Shown: positions 1 through 12,920 of the stretch, piece after piece | How the letters are laid out: the number at the start of each line of letters is the position of its first letter | Numbering within the stretch: the first letter of the stretch is position 1 | Source of the DNA: Hypanus sabinus | Taxonomy: Eukaryota | DNA length: 64,000 nucleotides | Direction: 5' to 3' | NCBI RefSeq assembly: GCF_030144855.1 | Contig: NC_082717.1 | Coordinates: 13,144,001-13,208,000, forward strand | Notes under the pieces: generated by a model | Told to the model about the DNA's origin: nothing | Seen by the model: the letters and a program-made list of their open reading frames with translations, nothing else | Databases searched by the model: none | Position numbers and translations under genes: made by a program

Positions 1-1223
1 CTCACTCCTGTGCGTCCTCTCGTCACCAACTGAGATCCTACCAACAATGGTTGTATTGTTAGCAAATTTATAGATGGTGTTTGAGCTATGCCTAGCCACA
101 CAGTCATGTGTATATAGAGAGCAGAGCAGTGCGCTACGCACACACCCCTGAGGTGTGTCAATGTTGATCATCAGCGAGGAGGGTAAGTTATCACCAATTC
201 GCACAGATTGTGACCTTCTGGTTAGGAAGTCGAGGATCCAATTGCAGAAGTGGGTACAGAGGCCCAGGTTCTGTAACTTCTCCATCAGGATTGTGGGAAT
301 GATGATGTTAAATGCTGAGCTATAGTCAATGAACAGCATCCCGATGTAGGTGTTTGTCTTGTCCAGGTGATCTACAGCAGTGTGGAGAGCCATTGAGACT
401 GTGTCTGCCGTTGACCTATTGTGGCGATAGGCAAATTGCAATGGGTCCAGGTCCTCGCTGAGGCAGGAGCTGAATCTAGTCATGACCAACCTCTCAAGGC
501 ATTTCATCACTGTCGATGTGAGTGCTAGTGGGCGATAGTCATTAAGGCAGCTCAGATTATTCTTCTTAGACACTGGTACAGTTGTTACCTTTTTGAAGCA
601 AGTGGGAACTTCCACTCGTAGCAGTGAGAGGTTGAAAATGTCCTTGAATATTTCCTCTAGCTGTTTGGCACAGGTTTTCAGAGCATTACCAGGTACTCCA
701 TGGGGATCTTCTGCCCTGCGAGGGTTCACTTTCTTTAAAGACAGCCTAACATCGGCCTCTGAGATGGAGATCATCAGGTTATCAGGTGCAGCAGGGATTT
801 TCACAGCTGTAGTTGTGTTCTCCTTTTCAAATCGTGCATAGAAGATGTTGAGTTCATCTGGTAGAGAAGCATCACTGCCATTCATACTATTGGGCTTTGC
901 TTTGTAGGAAGTAATGTCCTGCAAATCCTGCCAGAGTTATTGTGCATCTGATGTCGCCTCCAACCTTGTTCAAATTTGTCTCTTCGCCCTTGAAATAGCC
1001 CTCTGCATATCATACCCGGTTTTCTGGCACAGGCTTGGGTCTCCAGACTTGAATGCCACAGATCTAGCCTTCAGCAGATGGCGTACCTCCTGGTTCATCC
1101 ACAGCTTTTAGTTTGGGAATGTACAGTAAGTCTTTGTGGGCACACACTCATCCACACAGGTTTTAATGAAGTCATTAACAACTGCAGCAGACTCATCCAG
1201 GTTTGAAGATGAATCTCTGAATA
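1..1223 (-). mobile_element. Rex1/Babar-type LINE fragment (RT region), degenerate
   Basis: Minus-strand RT-like coding remnants, homologous to the Rex1-like RT ORF at 5818-6594. ORF 1108-1536 ends with LINE sequence (FRDSSSNLDE...TCVDECVPTK). Continues at 1924 after an insertion. Confidence 0.75.
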
Positions 1224-1923
1224 TTTCTTCTTTTTTCTTTGTTACTGTGTATGTAATCAAAAGGGCTTCTTTTGTTTTGTTAAAAGCAGGAATGTTTCTT
1301 TGTTGCAAGAGAGTGCTGGGAGAATTGTATTCCTTTGTAAACCAAATGGGGATTAATGTTCTTTCTTCTGAGTCTGTAAGCTTTTGTTGACGGGCTTTTG
1401 TGGAGATCGGCGCGAGGGGGTTGAGAGAGAGGACGCAATGCTGTAAGCTGGGCGAGGATCGGACCCCAAGCGGGGGTCCGAGGCCGGGAGGTACTCCGAG
1501 GAGGAGGGATGAAGCTAGATGTGCTTGGTTGACCACTCGGAGGGTCCTGAGCTGCGAGTCGAGGACTTCGGAGGGTCCTGAGCTGCGAGTCGAGGAGTTC
1601 GGAGGGGATCGAATGGTGGCCAGAAGACTTCAGTAATTGAGCTCCAACGGTTGTGCATGAAGTGGTTTGGACTTTGATAAGTTTGGCGCCTTTTCTTTAT
1701 TTTTTTCTCTTCATATATACTGTATCGTTATTAATCACTTAGTTATAGTAACCTTTATAAATTGTACTCATTTAATCGCTTATGGTGTACTGTCTGTTTT
1801 TGGGCGAGGCGGGGACATCACACAGCATCCACACCAGCTGATTACCCAGTTTGGAGGGGCCGAAGGCTGCTCCCCCTAGACGAGAACGAGCTGAGCGAGC
1901 CTGAGGCAACCCAGGGGGTTACA
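1224..1923. mobile_element. LTR-like fragment inserted into the LINE, flanked by a 59-bp direct duplication
   Basis: Ends in GGGGGTTACA (LTR-type end). Has an internal 31-bp tandem repeat (~1539-1600). Flanked by identical 1165-1223 and 1923-1981. Confidence 0.6.
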
Positions 1924-2955
1924 ATGAAGTCATTAACAACTGCAGCAGACTCATCCAGGTTTGAAGATGAATCTCTGAATACAGTCCAGTCCACCAATTC
2001 AAAGCTGTCCTGTAGGTGCTCCTGTGCTTCCCTTGTCCATACTTTCTTGGTTCTCACTGCTGGTGCTGCAGTCTTCAGTCTCTGCCTGTACTCAGGGAGT
2101 AGAAGTACAGCCAGGTGATCAGACTTCCTGAAGTGAGGGGGTGGAATAGCATGGTAGGCATTCTTGATGGTGGTATAACAATGGTCCAGTGTGTTTCCAC
2201 TGGTATTGCAAGTGATCTGTTGATGGTAGTTGCTTAGTGATTTTTTCAGACTGGCCTTGTTAAAATCTCCCAAAACAATGGTGAAGGCGTTAGGGTGCGC
2301 TGTTTCGTGCATGTTGATCTCATTGCTCAGATCATCTGAAGCCTGCTTGACATTGGCCTGAAGTGGAATGTAAACTGCTACCAAAATGACCCTGGAGATC
2401 TCCTGTGTAGTTAAAAAGGACGGCACTTAACTGCTAGATATTCCAGGTCTGGTGAGCAGAAACTGGCACAGCACTGATACATTCGTGCACCAAGAAAAGT
2501 TGATCATGAAGCATACCCGTCCACCTCTCCTTAGATCTATAGATCTATCCTGACAGTGTGTAGTAAACCCGTCAGTCTGAAGCGCTGCTCCAGTACGGAA
2601 GGGGTTAACCAGGATTCCGTGAAACAAAGGATACACGTGGTCCTAATGTCGCTCTGATTCAGCACCCCGGCTCTGAGATCATCGATTTTATTCACCAGAG
2701 ACTGCACGTTCGCCAGCAAGATAGTCAGTATTGGGAGTTTGAAACCCCTTTTCTGTAAGTGCACTTGTAACCAAACCCCCTTCTACACCTGTGCTGCCTC
2801 TGAGCTGCCTTCTGTGGGCACTTCTGACCACAATTAGTGTTGTTTCTGTCGGTTTTAAGCAGGGATAGTTTGTTTAAACGCATTAAGACATCTTTGTTTA
2901 CTGTACTGACCTTAGAAGGAGCTGTACTTTTTAGCTGTATCGGGCTGAAACAGGA
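1924..2955 (-). mobile_element. Rex1/Babar-type LINE, APE endonuclease / 5' part, degenerate
   Basis: ORFs 1842-2426 (VLGDFN, TLDHCY, SDH motifs of APE) and 2537-2764 (LLANVQSLVNKIDDL, CFTESWL). Confidence 0.8.
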
Positions 2956-3244
2956 ATATTTCTTTCTTTCTAAATCTTTTTATTATTATTAGTAATATGG
3001 ACAGAATACAAATGATATATTGATAAAGAAATTACCAACATACAAATTCCATTACATATGAAAAAAACATACAAAATAGTTCCAATATAAATGAGTTTAC
3101 CAAGACATAAGCCATAAAATATATGTATGAACATGGTAAGTCTAAATATTTCATAATATATTATATAAAAAAACAGAAAAAAGAAAGAAAAAAAACAAAA
3201 AAAAATATAATTATAAATATAAAAAATATTTAATTGTATCCATT

Positions 3245-5070
3245 GAGGGCAGTAATTTGGATGATGGAATTGATGGCTTTCTGGCCAAGTTTGTGGATGA
3301 TGAGAAGATAGGTGGAGGCATAGATGGTGTGGAGGAAGCAGAGAGACTGTGGGACTTAGACAGATTGGGAGAATGGGCAAAGAAGTGGCAGATGGAATGT
3401 AGTGTAGTGAAGTAAGTGTATGGTCTTGTACTTTGGTAGAAGGAAAAAAGATGTAGACTATTTTCTAAATGAGAATAAAATTAAAAAAATTGAGGTGCAT
3501 AGGGAATTGGGAGTCCTGTGCAGGATTCCTTGACGGTTAAGTCAGTGGTAATGAAGGCAAATGCAATGTTAGCATTTATTTTGAAAGGACTTGAATATAA
3601 GAGCAAGGATGTAGTGTTGAGGCTTTAGAAGGCATTGGTCAGACTGCATTTGTAGTATGCTGTGCAGTTTTGGACTCCTTATCTAAGAAAAGTTGTGCTG
3701 GCATTGGAGAAGGTCCAGAGAAGCTTCATAAGAATGATTCTGGGAATGAAAGGGTTAATGTATGAGAAGCATTTGATAACTCCGGGGCTGTACTGAAAGT
3801 TCAAAGTACATAAATTATCAAAGTATGTACACAGTATGCAACCTTGAGATTTGTCTTCTTGCAGACAGGTGCAAGCAATGAAATAGAGTAGAACCCATTT
3901 AAAGGAAAGCCCCATACAACAAGACCATCAGACATGCAGAAATAAAGGAACAATCACGCAAACAGGAAAAGCAAACAAGTAACACACAAAACATTAATCA
4001 AGCTGGAGACTCCAAAAAGTGAGTCCACGGCTGCAAGCCGCTGACTGCGAGTGAATCCACTCTAGGGGCCAATGGTCACGGTCACAGCCACTGAGCCAGT
4101 ACTGTCCTTGGCTTGAGACCACAGCTGCAGATCCAGTTCCTCACTGAAGCGCCTCAGTCAAATCGCACAAATAGTAAAGTGTGTTCTGCTCTGCGGACAT
4201 TAAATATCAAACCGCGGCTGAAAGTGAGTCCCCAGCCATGAACCACGAGCAATGAGACGTTGAGGTGAGCAAACTTAGCAGCACTGGACACAAGAGTCCT
4301 ATACCTTCCGGTGACAGGAGCGAGTCAGAAACCGGTCAGACACAGGCAGACTGCGCTGAACACCCGTTCTGCTCTCGCCACCATTGGTTTTTACCCTGCT
4401 TGGCACTTCAATCGGCACACTGTAATGGAGCCGACCACAGGCTTGTATCCTACCATTAGGAATCAATGCAGCTTACAACCTCAGCAACGGCCATAGCTGT
4501 ACTCCACACCGAATCCCCACAGAAGTGCCAGATCATTCAATCAGCCCAAAAGTACATTCTTCAAAGGGAGGTTACAGGCTGCAATTGATCCCAGTTCAGA
4601 AAAAGAATACCCTGTAGTTTTGTAAGCTATTTATAAGATATCCCTATTGGTTACTGGCGCCATCTTGCTGGAAGTTTAGGAGAATAAAGGGAGATTTCAC
4701 TGAAACCTATTAAACATTGAAAGGCCTAGATCGAGGGGATGTGCAGGAGATGTTTCCGACAGGGTGTGAGTCTCTAGGATGAGAGGGCACAGACTCAGAT
4801 AAGAGGGATGCTTACTTAGAACAGAGATGAGGAGGAATTTCTTTAGCCAGAGGGTGGTGAATCTGTGGAATTCGTTGCCACAGGAGGCTGTGGAGGCCAG
4901 GCCATGCAATATATTTAAGGTGGAGGTTAATTAGTTCTTCATTGGTCAGGGTGTCAAATGTCAGGGGGAAAGGTAGGAGAATAGAGTTGACAGGATAATA
5001 AATCAGCCTTGATGGAGTGGCAGAGCAGACTCAATGGACTGAATGGCCTAAATGTGCTCTTTGTGGTCTA
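3245..5070 (+). mobile_element. CR1 LINE 3' fragment, interrupted by an unrelated insert (~3795-4670)
   Basis: Typical CR1 ORF2 C-terminal remnants (WQMEF, RNFFSQRVVNLWNSLP) followed by a CR1-type 3' UTR (gactcaatggactgaatggcct). Confidence 0.7.
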
Positions 5071-5569
5071 AGTGGGCAAGGTCTTTAATGAGTACTTTGT
5101 ATCTGTATTTACTAAGCAGGTCATGGAGAGGTAGCTTGATAATATATGGCATGTTCATCACAAAGAGGAGATGTTGAAATATTAACGTGGATTAGACCCT
5201 AGGTCCTGATGTGATTTATCCTGGGATACCAAGGAAGGAAAGAGTTGAGATTGCTGGGGCCTTGAGGAACCCTGTGGATCAAGCAAAGCCTTATTTGGTT
5301 CCATGCTCCTCCCTCTGATCAGATTCCATCATCTTCAGCTCTTGTAGCCTCTCACTATTACCTCTCATCTTCAGTCACTATTCCTACTCTCCCCTCCTCA
5401 CCTGGATCTGCCTATGATTTCTTATCTCTTGATCTGCTTCCATCCTCCAGCTCTTTACACTGACCATCTCCTCTCTACCTTTCAATCCAGGCGAAGGTTC
5501 TCGGCCCAAGACATCGACTGTAGATGCTATATTATCTGCTGAGGTCCTCCAGCGTGTTGTCTGTTGCTA

Positions 5570-6585
5570 TATTGAAGCAGAGTGAGGTAGTGTCCATCCA
5601 TTTAGGAATCGGATGGCAGAGGGGAAGAGGCTGTTCCTGACTCACTGAGTGTGTGTCTTTGGGCTTCTGTACCTCCTACTTGATGGTAACAGTGAGAAAA
5701 ATACATTCCCTGGGTGCTGGAGGTCCTTATTAATGGATGCTGCCTTTCTGAGACACCGCCCCTTGAAGATGTCCTGGGTACTTTGTAGGCTAGTACCCAA
5801 GATGGAGCTGACTAAATTTACAACCCTCTGCAGCTTCTTTCTGTCCTGTGCAGTAGCCCCCTTCCCCCACCTCCACTATACCAGACAGTGATGCAGCCTG
5901 TCAGAATGCTCTTCATGGTACATCTATAGAAGTTTTTAAGTATATTTGTTGATATGCCAGATCTCTTCAAACTCCTAATGAAGTGCAGCCATTGTCTTGC
6001 CATCTTTATAACTACGTCGATATGTTGGGACCAGGTTAGATCCTCAGAGATCTTGACACCCAAGAACTTGAAACTGCTCACTCTCTCCACTTCTGATCCC
6101 TCTATGAGGATTGGTATGTGTTCCTTCGTCTTGCCCTTCCTGAAGTCCACAATCAGCTCTTTCGTCTTACTGACGTTGAGTGTCAGGTTGTTGCTGTGGC
6201 ACCACTCCTCTAGTTGGCATATCTCACTCCTGTATGCCCTCTCATCACTCTCTGAGATTCTACCAACAATTATTGTATTGTCAGCAAATTTATAGATGGT
6301 GTTTGAGGTATGCCTAGCCACACAGTCATGTGTATATAGATGCAATAGGCTAAGCACACACCCCTGAGGTGCACCAGTGTTGATCGTCAGCAAGGAGGAG
6401 ATGGTACCACCAATCTGCACAGACTGTGGTCTTCTGGTTAGGAAGTCGAGGATCCAATTGCAGAGTGAGGTACAGAGGCCCAGGTTCTGAAATTTCTCAA
6501 TCAGGATAGTGGGAATGATGGTATTAAATGCTGAGCTATAGTTAATGAACAGTATCCTGACATAGGTGTTTGTGTTGTCTAGGAT
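5570..6585 (-). mobile_element. Rex1/Babar LINE RT C-terminal fragment
   Basis: ORF 5818-6594: [40 protein letters not shown]. Confidence 0.85.
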
Positions 6586-7190
6586 GTAATGCAAGGATAT
6601 AATGTTGAAACTTTAGAATGCACCGGTGAGGCCTCACTTGGAGTATTGTGAGCTGTTTTGGGCCCTTTATCTTAGAAAGGATGTATTGAAACTGGAGAAG
6701 GTTCATGGAAATGATTCCAGGATTAAATGGCTTGAGATATGGAGAGTGTCTGATTACTCTGGGCCTGTATTCACTAGAATTCAGCAGAATGAAGGGTGAC
6801 CTCATTGAAACTTATTGAATGGTGAAAGACCTTGATAAAGTAGATGTGGAGAGGATGTTTCCTGTGGTGGGAGAGTTAAAGACTAGAGGACACAAGCTCA
6901 GAATAGAGCACCATCCTTTTAGAATGGAAATGAAGAGGAATTTCTTTAGCCAGAGAGTGGTGAATCTGTGGACTTCTTTGCCACAGGCAACTGTGGAGGC
7001 CAACTATTTATGTACATTTAAGGTAGAGGGTGATAGATTCTTGATTGGTCTGGGCATGAACAGTTACAGGGAGAAGAGAGGAGATTGGGACAGAGAGGAA
7101 AAATTGGATCAGCCATGATGAAATGGTGGAGCAGACTCGATGGGCCAAATGGCCTAATCCTGCTCCTATATCTTGTGGTCTTATGGTTTA
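6586..7190 (+). mobile_element. CR1 LINE 3' end
   Basis: ORF 6819-7118 (TRGHKLRI...RNFFSQRVVNLW) and CR1 3' UTR. Confidence 0.8.
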
Positions 7191-7249
7191 AAAAAGAAAC
7201 ACCAACACACTTAACAAGGTAGTCTTCAGGAACAAAGCTCTGCGTGATT

Positions 7250-7915
7250 GTTCATCCTTGGACAAAGGCAATAGCTAGGAGAAGCTGAGAGCTAATAGGT
7301 AGAAAAAACCTAATGAGAGGATAGTAGATTATGGAATTGAAAGAAGGAGTGGGGAACCAGCAGGAGGTGATAGGCAGGAGAAGAGGTGAGAGAGCCACCA
7401 CAATAATGAAAAAGAAGGGTTGGGAATGTGGAAGAAAAAGTAAAATAGAAGGGAGTGTTACTGGAAGTTGAGAAGTGTCTCGGACCAAAACGTCGACTGT
7501 TTACTCTTTTCCATTTATGCTGCCTGGCCTGCTGAGTTCCTCCAGTATTTTGTGTGTTTTTCTTTGGATTTCCAGCATCTGCTGATTTTCTTGCGTTTCA
7601 GAATTTGAGAGGTGCTCCTCCAACATGCATCTAGCCTTATTGTGGCAGTAGAGGAGGCCATGGACAGGCAAGTTGTGGCAATGGCAAGTGTCCACCAGGA
7701 GACCCCGACAGTTGTGGCGGATGAAGTGAAGATGCTCAACCACCAGATTTTCCTACTCTTTTCAGCCCATAGTCTCTTCCACCTATCGCTTCCTAGCTTC
7801 TCACATCGTACTCATTCATTCTCCATCCCACACCTACCTATCATCCCCCTTCAACTTTTAATCATGTATTTATAGCCAACTTGTGTTCTTCTCCCCTCAC
7901 CCTACTTCTTTTAGT
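7250..7915. mobile_element. Penelope-like element fragments (GIY-YIG remnant plus pLTR pieces)
   Basis: Minus-strand 7607-7743 reads EHLHFIRH...HGLLYCH...LEEHL, resembling a PLE endonuclease C-terminus. Adjacent degenerate hammerhead-type motif (gtctcggaccaaaacgtcgac) at ~7477. Confidence 0.55.
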
Positions 7916-8209
7916 TCTATGAACAAACCAATACAACCTGTAACTTCTACAATGAGGGTGTTAAGTACACAGAGAGACAATGACTATTCTCATTGTTCTT
8001 ATATTTCAATGATGACTAATTCACATGTATGTGGACATCAAACTAATGAGGAAATCATACTGCACATGCAACACAATCATTTATCCTCCCGCTTCACTTA
8101 CAGTATTCTAATTTTATTCAGACATAACACAAATGTTGACCCTTCCTGCCAAACGAATCCCCGTAAATTTCAACCTAGTCCCAGTTACACCCATGTTTAT
8201 TTAGTTTAT

Positions 8210-8590
8210 TGAGATAAACACAGAATAGGCCCTTCCGGCAATGCTCCGATTTAACGCTAGCGTAATCACAGGACGATTTAGAATAAACAATTAACCTACC
8301 AACAGCTTGGTCTTTGGATAGTGGGAGGAAACAAGAGCATCCAGAGGAAACCCACATGATCATGGAGAGAATGTGTAGGCTCCTTACAGGCAGCAGCAGG
8401 AATTGAACTCGGGTCATTGGAACTGTAAAGCCTTGAGCTGACCACAATGCTACCCTGCCACCCCAATGGCCATGATCAAATAACCTACTAATCCATATGT
8501 CTTTGGAAAGTGGTGGGAGTAAACCGGAGCACCTGGAGGAAAGAAACATACTTGTGGAGAGAGCACACAAACTCATTTCATACAGTGACA
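8210..8590 (-). mobile_element. SINE fragments (HE1/V-SINE-like)
   Basis: Motifs ccggagcacctggaggaaa, gaaacccacatg and ctccttacaggcagc, typical of elasmobranch SINEs. Recognised by eye only. Confidence 0.5.
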
Positions 8591-8647
8591 GTTTTATAAT
8601 AGAATTTATTTAGCTTCTCAATTTCCAGAATCCATGAAAAAGCACAG

Positions 8648-9514
8648 TGTTACATACCCCTTGGGTATCTTGTGACTGTCTTATTACCATGATATAATTG
8701 AGTATCTGGTGAGCATGATGTAATGGTCTTGTGATGCTGGGGGTGATGTAATTTCCTGCCAGTGTGAGGTCACATGGTGCAATTTTCCTGCCAGCGTGAG
8801 GTCATGTGATGACCTGTTCCAACAGGTATAAAACGGGAAAGTCCTGCTGTGACGCAGGTTAGTTCGTTGTTTAATTTGTCAGTTACTCCATTATGCTGCG
8901 TATTCATCTCATGACGCAGTTTTGTTTTACTTTATCTTAAGTCTCAAAGGTTATTGCCAGCAGTTTTGCCAAATGTTGCCAGTTTTGGCTTGATCTACCT
9001 TTGCAATTCAGTTGGAGAGTGAAGCATTTACTGAAGTACGGAAACCCAAAGGATCCAGTAAAGTTTGTGTCTTCGGTGGTTTAATACAGGATCAACCTTA
9101 TTGGATCTTCATTCAGGAAATAGTAACCCGCATCCAAGATAACCCCTGCCTGTAAGAGCAGAAAGGGTTGGGGCAGTGTTATTCACCAAGGAAAAGGTCA
9201 GTTATCATCTTTCGGGCAAGGCATATTTCAGCTGGGATTAGCAGAAACGTCACATCGAGGAATTCGTTACTTCAGGAAAGTCTCTCCTAATTGACTGTAT
9301 AAATCATCTGGACTTTTGCATTTACCACTTTAAGAACTGTGTTCACATTTATCGCTTTAAGAACTGCTCGAGTTGCTGTATAGCAGTTACCTTCCGGTTA
9401 AGTTAGTCATTTGTTTACTTTTCCTTTTTGTTGAGCAGAGTTAAATAAATGTTTGTTATAAAAAAAAACCCGTCTCAATTCTATATTCATTGTTGCCGGA
9501 GATGTACCGTAACA
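8648..9514 (+). mobile_element. Solo LTR with 4-bp TSD (ACAG)
   Basis: TGTTAC...GTAACA inverted termini. ACAG at 8644-8647 and 9515-9518. TATA (~8827) and AATAAA (~9444). Second copy at 46216-47115. Confidence 0.85.
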
Positions 9515-9557
9515 ACAGAAATTATAGTTTATAAAAAATGAAAGATACAAGATGAAA

Positions 9558-9652
9558 GGTCCTGAGAAAGGACCTCAGCCTGAAATGTCGACTGTTCATT
9601 CCTCTCCGTAGATGTTGCCTGACCTGCTCAGTTCCTACAGCATTTGTGTTAC
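9558..9652 (+). mobile_element. Degenerate hammerhead-bearing Penelope-type mini-element
   Basis: cctgagaaaggacctcagcctgaaatgtcgac followed by the family body gatgttgcctgacctgctcagttcc. Confidence 0.55.
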
Positions 9653-9727
9653 TCATAAAGGGCAATTGCACATTTGCTTCAGAAGAGGAATTTAAGGATC
9701 ATTCCAGATGGACAAATGTCAATTTAT

Positions 9728-10485
9728 CGCACAATTCCTGACTCCGCATCGCATGCATATTATGAAACTCCTCACTGAAGCCCACACCATGATAGATGAA
9801 CAATTTTGAGGTAGATCTCCACCTTGTTGCTGGTCTGTCTTTTCCAGGGTCTGGAAAAGTGTCTGGGTCCATTCCCTCGTCAATCTGCCAAGTAATTGAC
9901 TGGGTGAAGAAGGTGGTTTAATGCTACAGTGAGTGAAACTGGTAAAAGGCAGCTCCTGAACACATTGCACTACCTTTCTGAGTCTCAGTATTGCAGACTG
10001 GCTCAGGCAGCACTGGAATCTGTGGAAGTACATTCTAGGCATTAGGGCTGACCTTGGTACAATGCACAGTCCTGCCTCATGTCATTGAGCTCTACGATAC
10101 AATAAAGCACTTCGACTTGGAGAGCTGCTATATTGAGTGCAAAGGACTCCAGTGGCTGGTACCCTGGCTGCACAAGGCCCAAGAGTTGCAACTGGGGGAC
10201 AACACCCTGAAACATTCAAGAGTGAAACTGTTGTAATGGCTCAGAGAAACCCAGACTGTACATGCCACAGAGACTCAAGCTGGGGTATAATGGTCTCACA
10301 GACTCTGGTGCCAAGGATCTAAACACAAACTCTTCACTGACCGAGCTAGGCCTGGGTATTAATAAATTGGGAGACTCAGGAGTGAAGCTGGTGTCCATGG
10401 ATCTGGAAAGCAGAATACAGGGGCAATGGTTGTGCAATATTGGTCTCTCAGATTCTGATACCAAGGATCTCAGTACAAACCACTC
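9728..10485 (+). pseudogene. NLR (NACHT-LRR, NLRP3/NLRC3-like) pseudogene fragment, apparently processed
   Basis: Frameshifted translation gives AQFLTPH..KLLTEAHT..FEV.LHLVAGLS, LGPFP, VIDWVK, GKRQLLNTLHYLSESQ..LAQAAL, CTVLPHVIELYDTIKHFDLESCYIEC, then RI-like LRRs (LGYNGLTDSGAKDL, SLTELGLGINKLGDSGVKLVS). Contains stops and frameshifts. Confidence 0.8.
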
Positions 10486-10714
10486 AGAATCAGGTTTAAT
10501 ATCACTGGCATATGTCATGAAATCTGTTATGCAGTAGCAATACACTGCAATACATAATAAAAACTGAATTGCTGTAAGTATTTATATAAAGTTAAATTAA
10601 ATAAGTAATGCAAAATGACTGTGTGCCTTCAGGCTCTTGTACCTCCTCCCTGAGGGTAGCAATGAGAAGAGGGCATGTCCTGGGTGATGGGGATCCTTGA
10701 TGGTGTATGCTACC

Positions 10715-11290
10715 TTTTATGTACCTGTACTCCCAGATTCCTCCGTTCTACTGCATTCCTCAGTGGTCCTACCACTTACCTTGTATGTTCTACCTTGGTT
10801 TGACCTTCCAAAGTGCAATAACTCACACTTGTCCGCATTAAACTCCATCTGCCATTTTACAGCCCATTCCTCCAACTGGTCCAAATCCCTCTGCATAATA
10901 GCAACTACCCTCACTTCTACCTCCTGACTCTCAGAATTCTGGCATATTGCTAGTGTCTTCCATAGTGAAGACTGATGCAAAATACTTGTTAAGTTTGTCC
11001 ACTGTTTCTTTGTTCTCCATTACTACCTCTCCAGCATCATTTTCCAATGGTCCGATATCCACTCTCACCTCTTTTTCACTGTTTATACATCTGAAAAGCT
11101 TTTGGAATCCTCTTTTATATCTGGCTAGCTTATCTTCATGTTTTTATCTTTATATCTTTCCTAGTTGCCTTCTGTTGGTATTTAAAAGCTTCCCAATCTT
11201 TTGACTTCCCACTAATTTTTGCTATATTACACGCCTTCTCTTTTGTTTTCATGCTGCCTCTGACTTCCCTTGTCCACTACAGTTGCCTTA
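10715..11290 (-). mobile_element. CR1 LINE fragments
   Basis: ORF 10717-10980 (LEEWAVKWQMEFNADKCELLHFG). Confidence 0.7.
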
Positions 11291-11351
11291 TCAATCAAAT
11301 CAAAAATCAAAACCAAATCAAGTTTAATTATCATTCAATCGTAATAGATAC

Positions 11352-11566
11352 TGTGGCGGCTCATTTCCTAGCGTATGCGAACCGACTCACAATTAGATAG
11401 CCTACGGGGGTTTGCGAGCACAGAGCTTTGGAGCCTCTTCGCCATGGGGGGCCGGTTGACAGAGGCTTAAAAGTGAGGCTGAAGTTTTCGAATAAAGTTT
11501 TTTCCTTCGACTGCAGTTACCGACTCCGTGTCGTAATTTTAGCGCTGCTTGTAGCACACCGCTACA
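11352..11566 (+). mobile_element. Short (215 bp) solo LTR with 4-bp TSD (ATAC)
   Basis: TGTGGCGG...CCGCTACA termini. ATAC at 11348-11351 and 11567-11570. AATAAA at 11491. Related to the LTR at 25836-26276. Confidence 0.85.
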
Positions 11567-12084
11567 ATACCACAAATGAGACATCATTTCTCTGGGACCA
11601 AGGTGCAAACACAAATAGAATAGCACATTCAAAGTAGCAAGCAAAGAAACATTTACATGAAAAGAAAATATTTATATAATGCAAGGTTGTCATCAATATG
11701 TCCGGCAATTGATGGTACAGTCTCCAGGCAGTGCACAGATGCATGCAATCCAGCCTGTCATTACACTGCTCGAGCACAAGAGGGCAGCACCAACAGGAGA
11801 GGACAGCCCCTCCCACTGAATGTAGATACCACGCTCCACCGCCTCCAGCGTCTCCTCACCTGGTCTGCTGCAGCAGGCAAGCCCACACCTTGAGGCCTAG
11901 TCCTCACTACAACTGAGGCTACACAGCTTCCATGTTGTCTGTCGTGCTGCCAGACAAGGGCAGCAGGCCTGCAGCAGCTTACATTACCACTGTCACTCTC
12001 TGACTGAAGCCCTGTGACTAGTGGAGTGCCACAGGACTCATTGTTGTCATCTCTATCAACAATCTGGGTGATAATGTAGTAAGC

Positions 12085-12920
12085 CAGATCAGCAAAATTA
12101 GCTGATGACATGAAAATTGGGTGTAGTGGACAATGAGGAAGGCTATCATGGCTTGCAGAGGGATCTGGACTAGCTTGAAAAATGGCAGATGGAATTTAAT
12201 GAAGAAAAGTGTGTGGTGTTTCACTTTGGTAGAACCAATCAGAGTAGAACTTACATAGAGAGCAATTGGGAACCAAGGAGTGGGGAGAACAGAGGGACCT
12301 GGGAATACAGATTCATAATTCCTTGAAAGTGGCATCACAGGTAGTTAGGGTCATAAAGACAGCATTTGGCACATTTTAAAGTATTGAGTAGAAGAATTGG
12401 GATGTTATGTTGAAGTTGTGTACAATGTTGGTGAGGCCTAGTTTGGAGTTCTGCACAGTTCTGGTCACCTGTCTACAGGAAAGATGTCAATAAGATTGAA
12501 AAGCGCAGAGGAAATTTACAAGTGTTGCCAGGATTTGAGGATCTGAGTTATAGGGAAAGGCTGAATAGGCTAGGACTTCATTCCCTAGAGTGTAGGAGAA
12601 TGAGGGGAGATTTGAAAGAGGTATACAAAATTATGAGGGGCATGGATAGGGTAAATGCAAGCAGGCTTTTTCAACTGAGATTGGACAAGGCCAGAACTAG
12701 AGGTTATAGGTTAAGGGTGAAAGACGAACTGCTTAAGAAGAACTTCTTCATTCAAGGAGTGGTGAGAGTGTGGAACAAACTGCCAGCAGAAGTGGTGGAT
12801 TCAGGTTTGATTTCAACATTCAAGAAAAATTTGGATGGGTACATGGTCGAGAGGGTATGGTCCAGGTGCAGGCCAATGGGACTGGACAGACTAGGGCCTG
12901 TTTCTGTGCTGTACACTACA
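12085..12920 (+). mobile_element. CR1 LINE 3' fragment
   Basis: ORF 12522-12926 (LSYRERLNRLGL..RRMRGDL.EVYKIM...VWNKLP). Confidence 0.8.
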
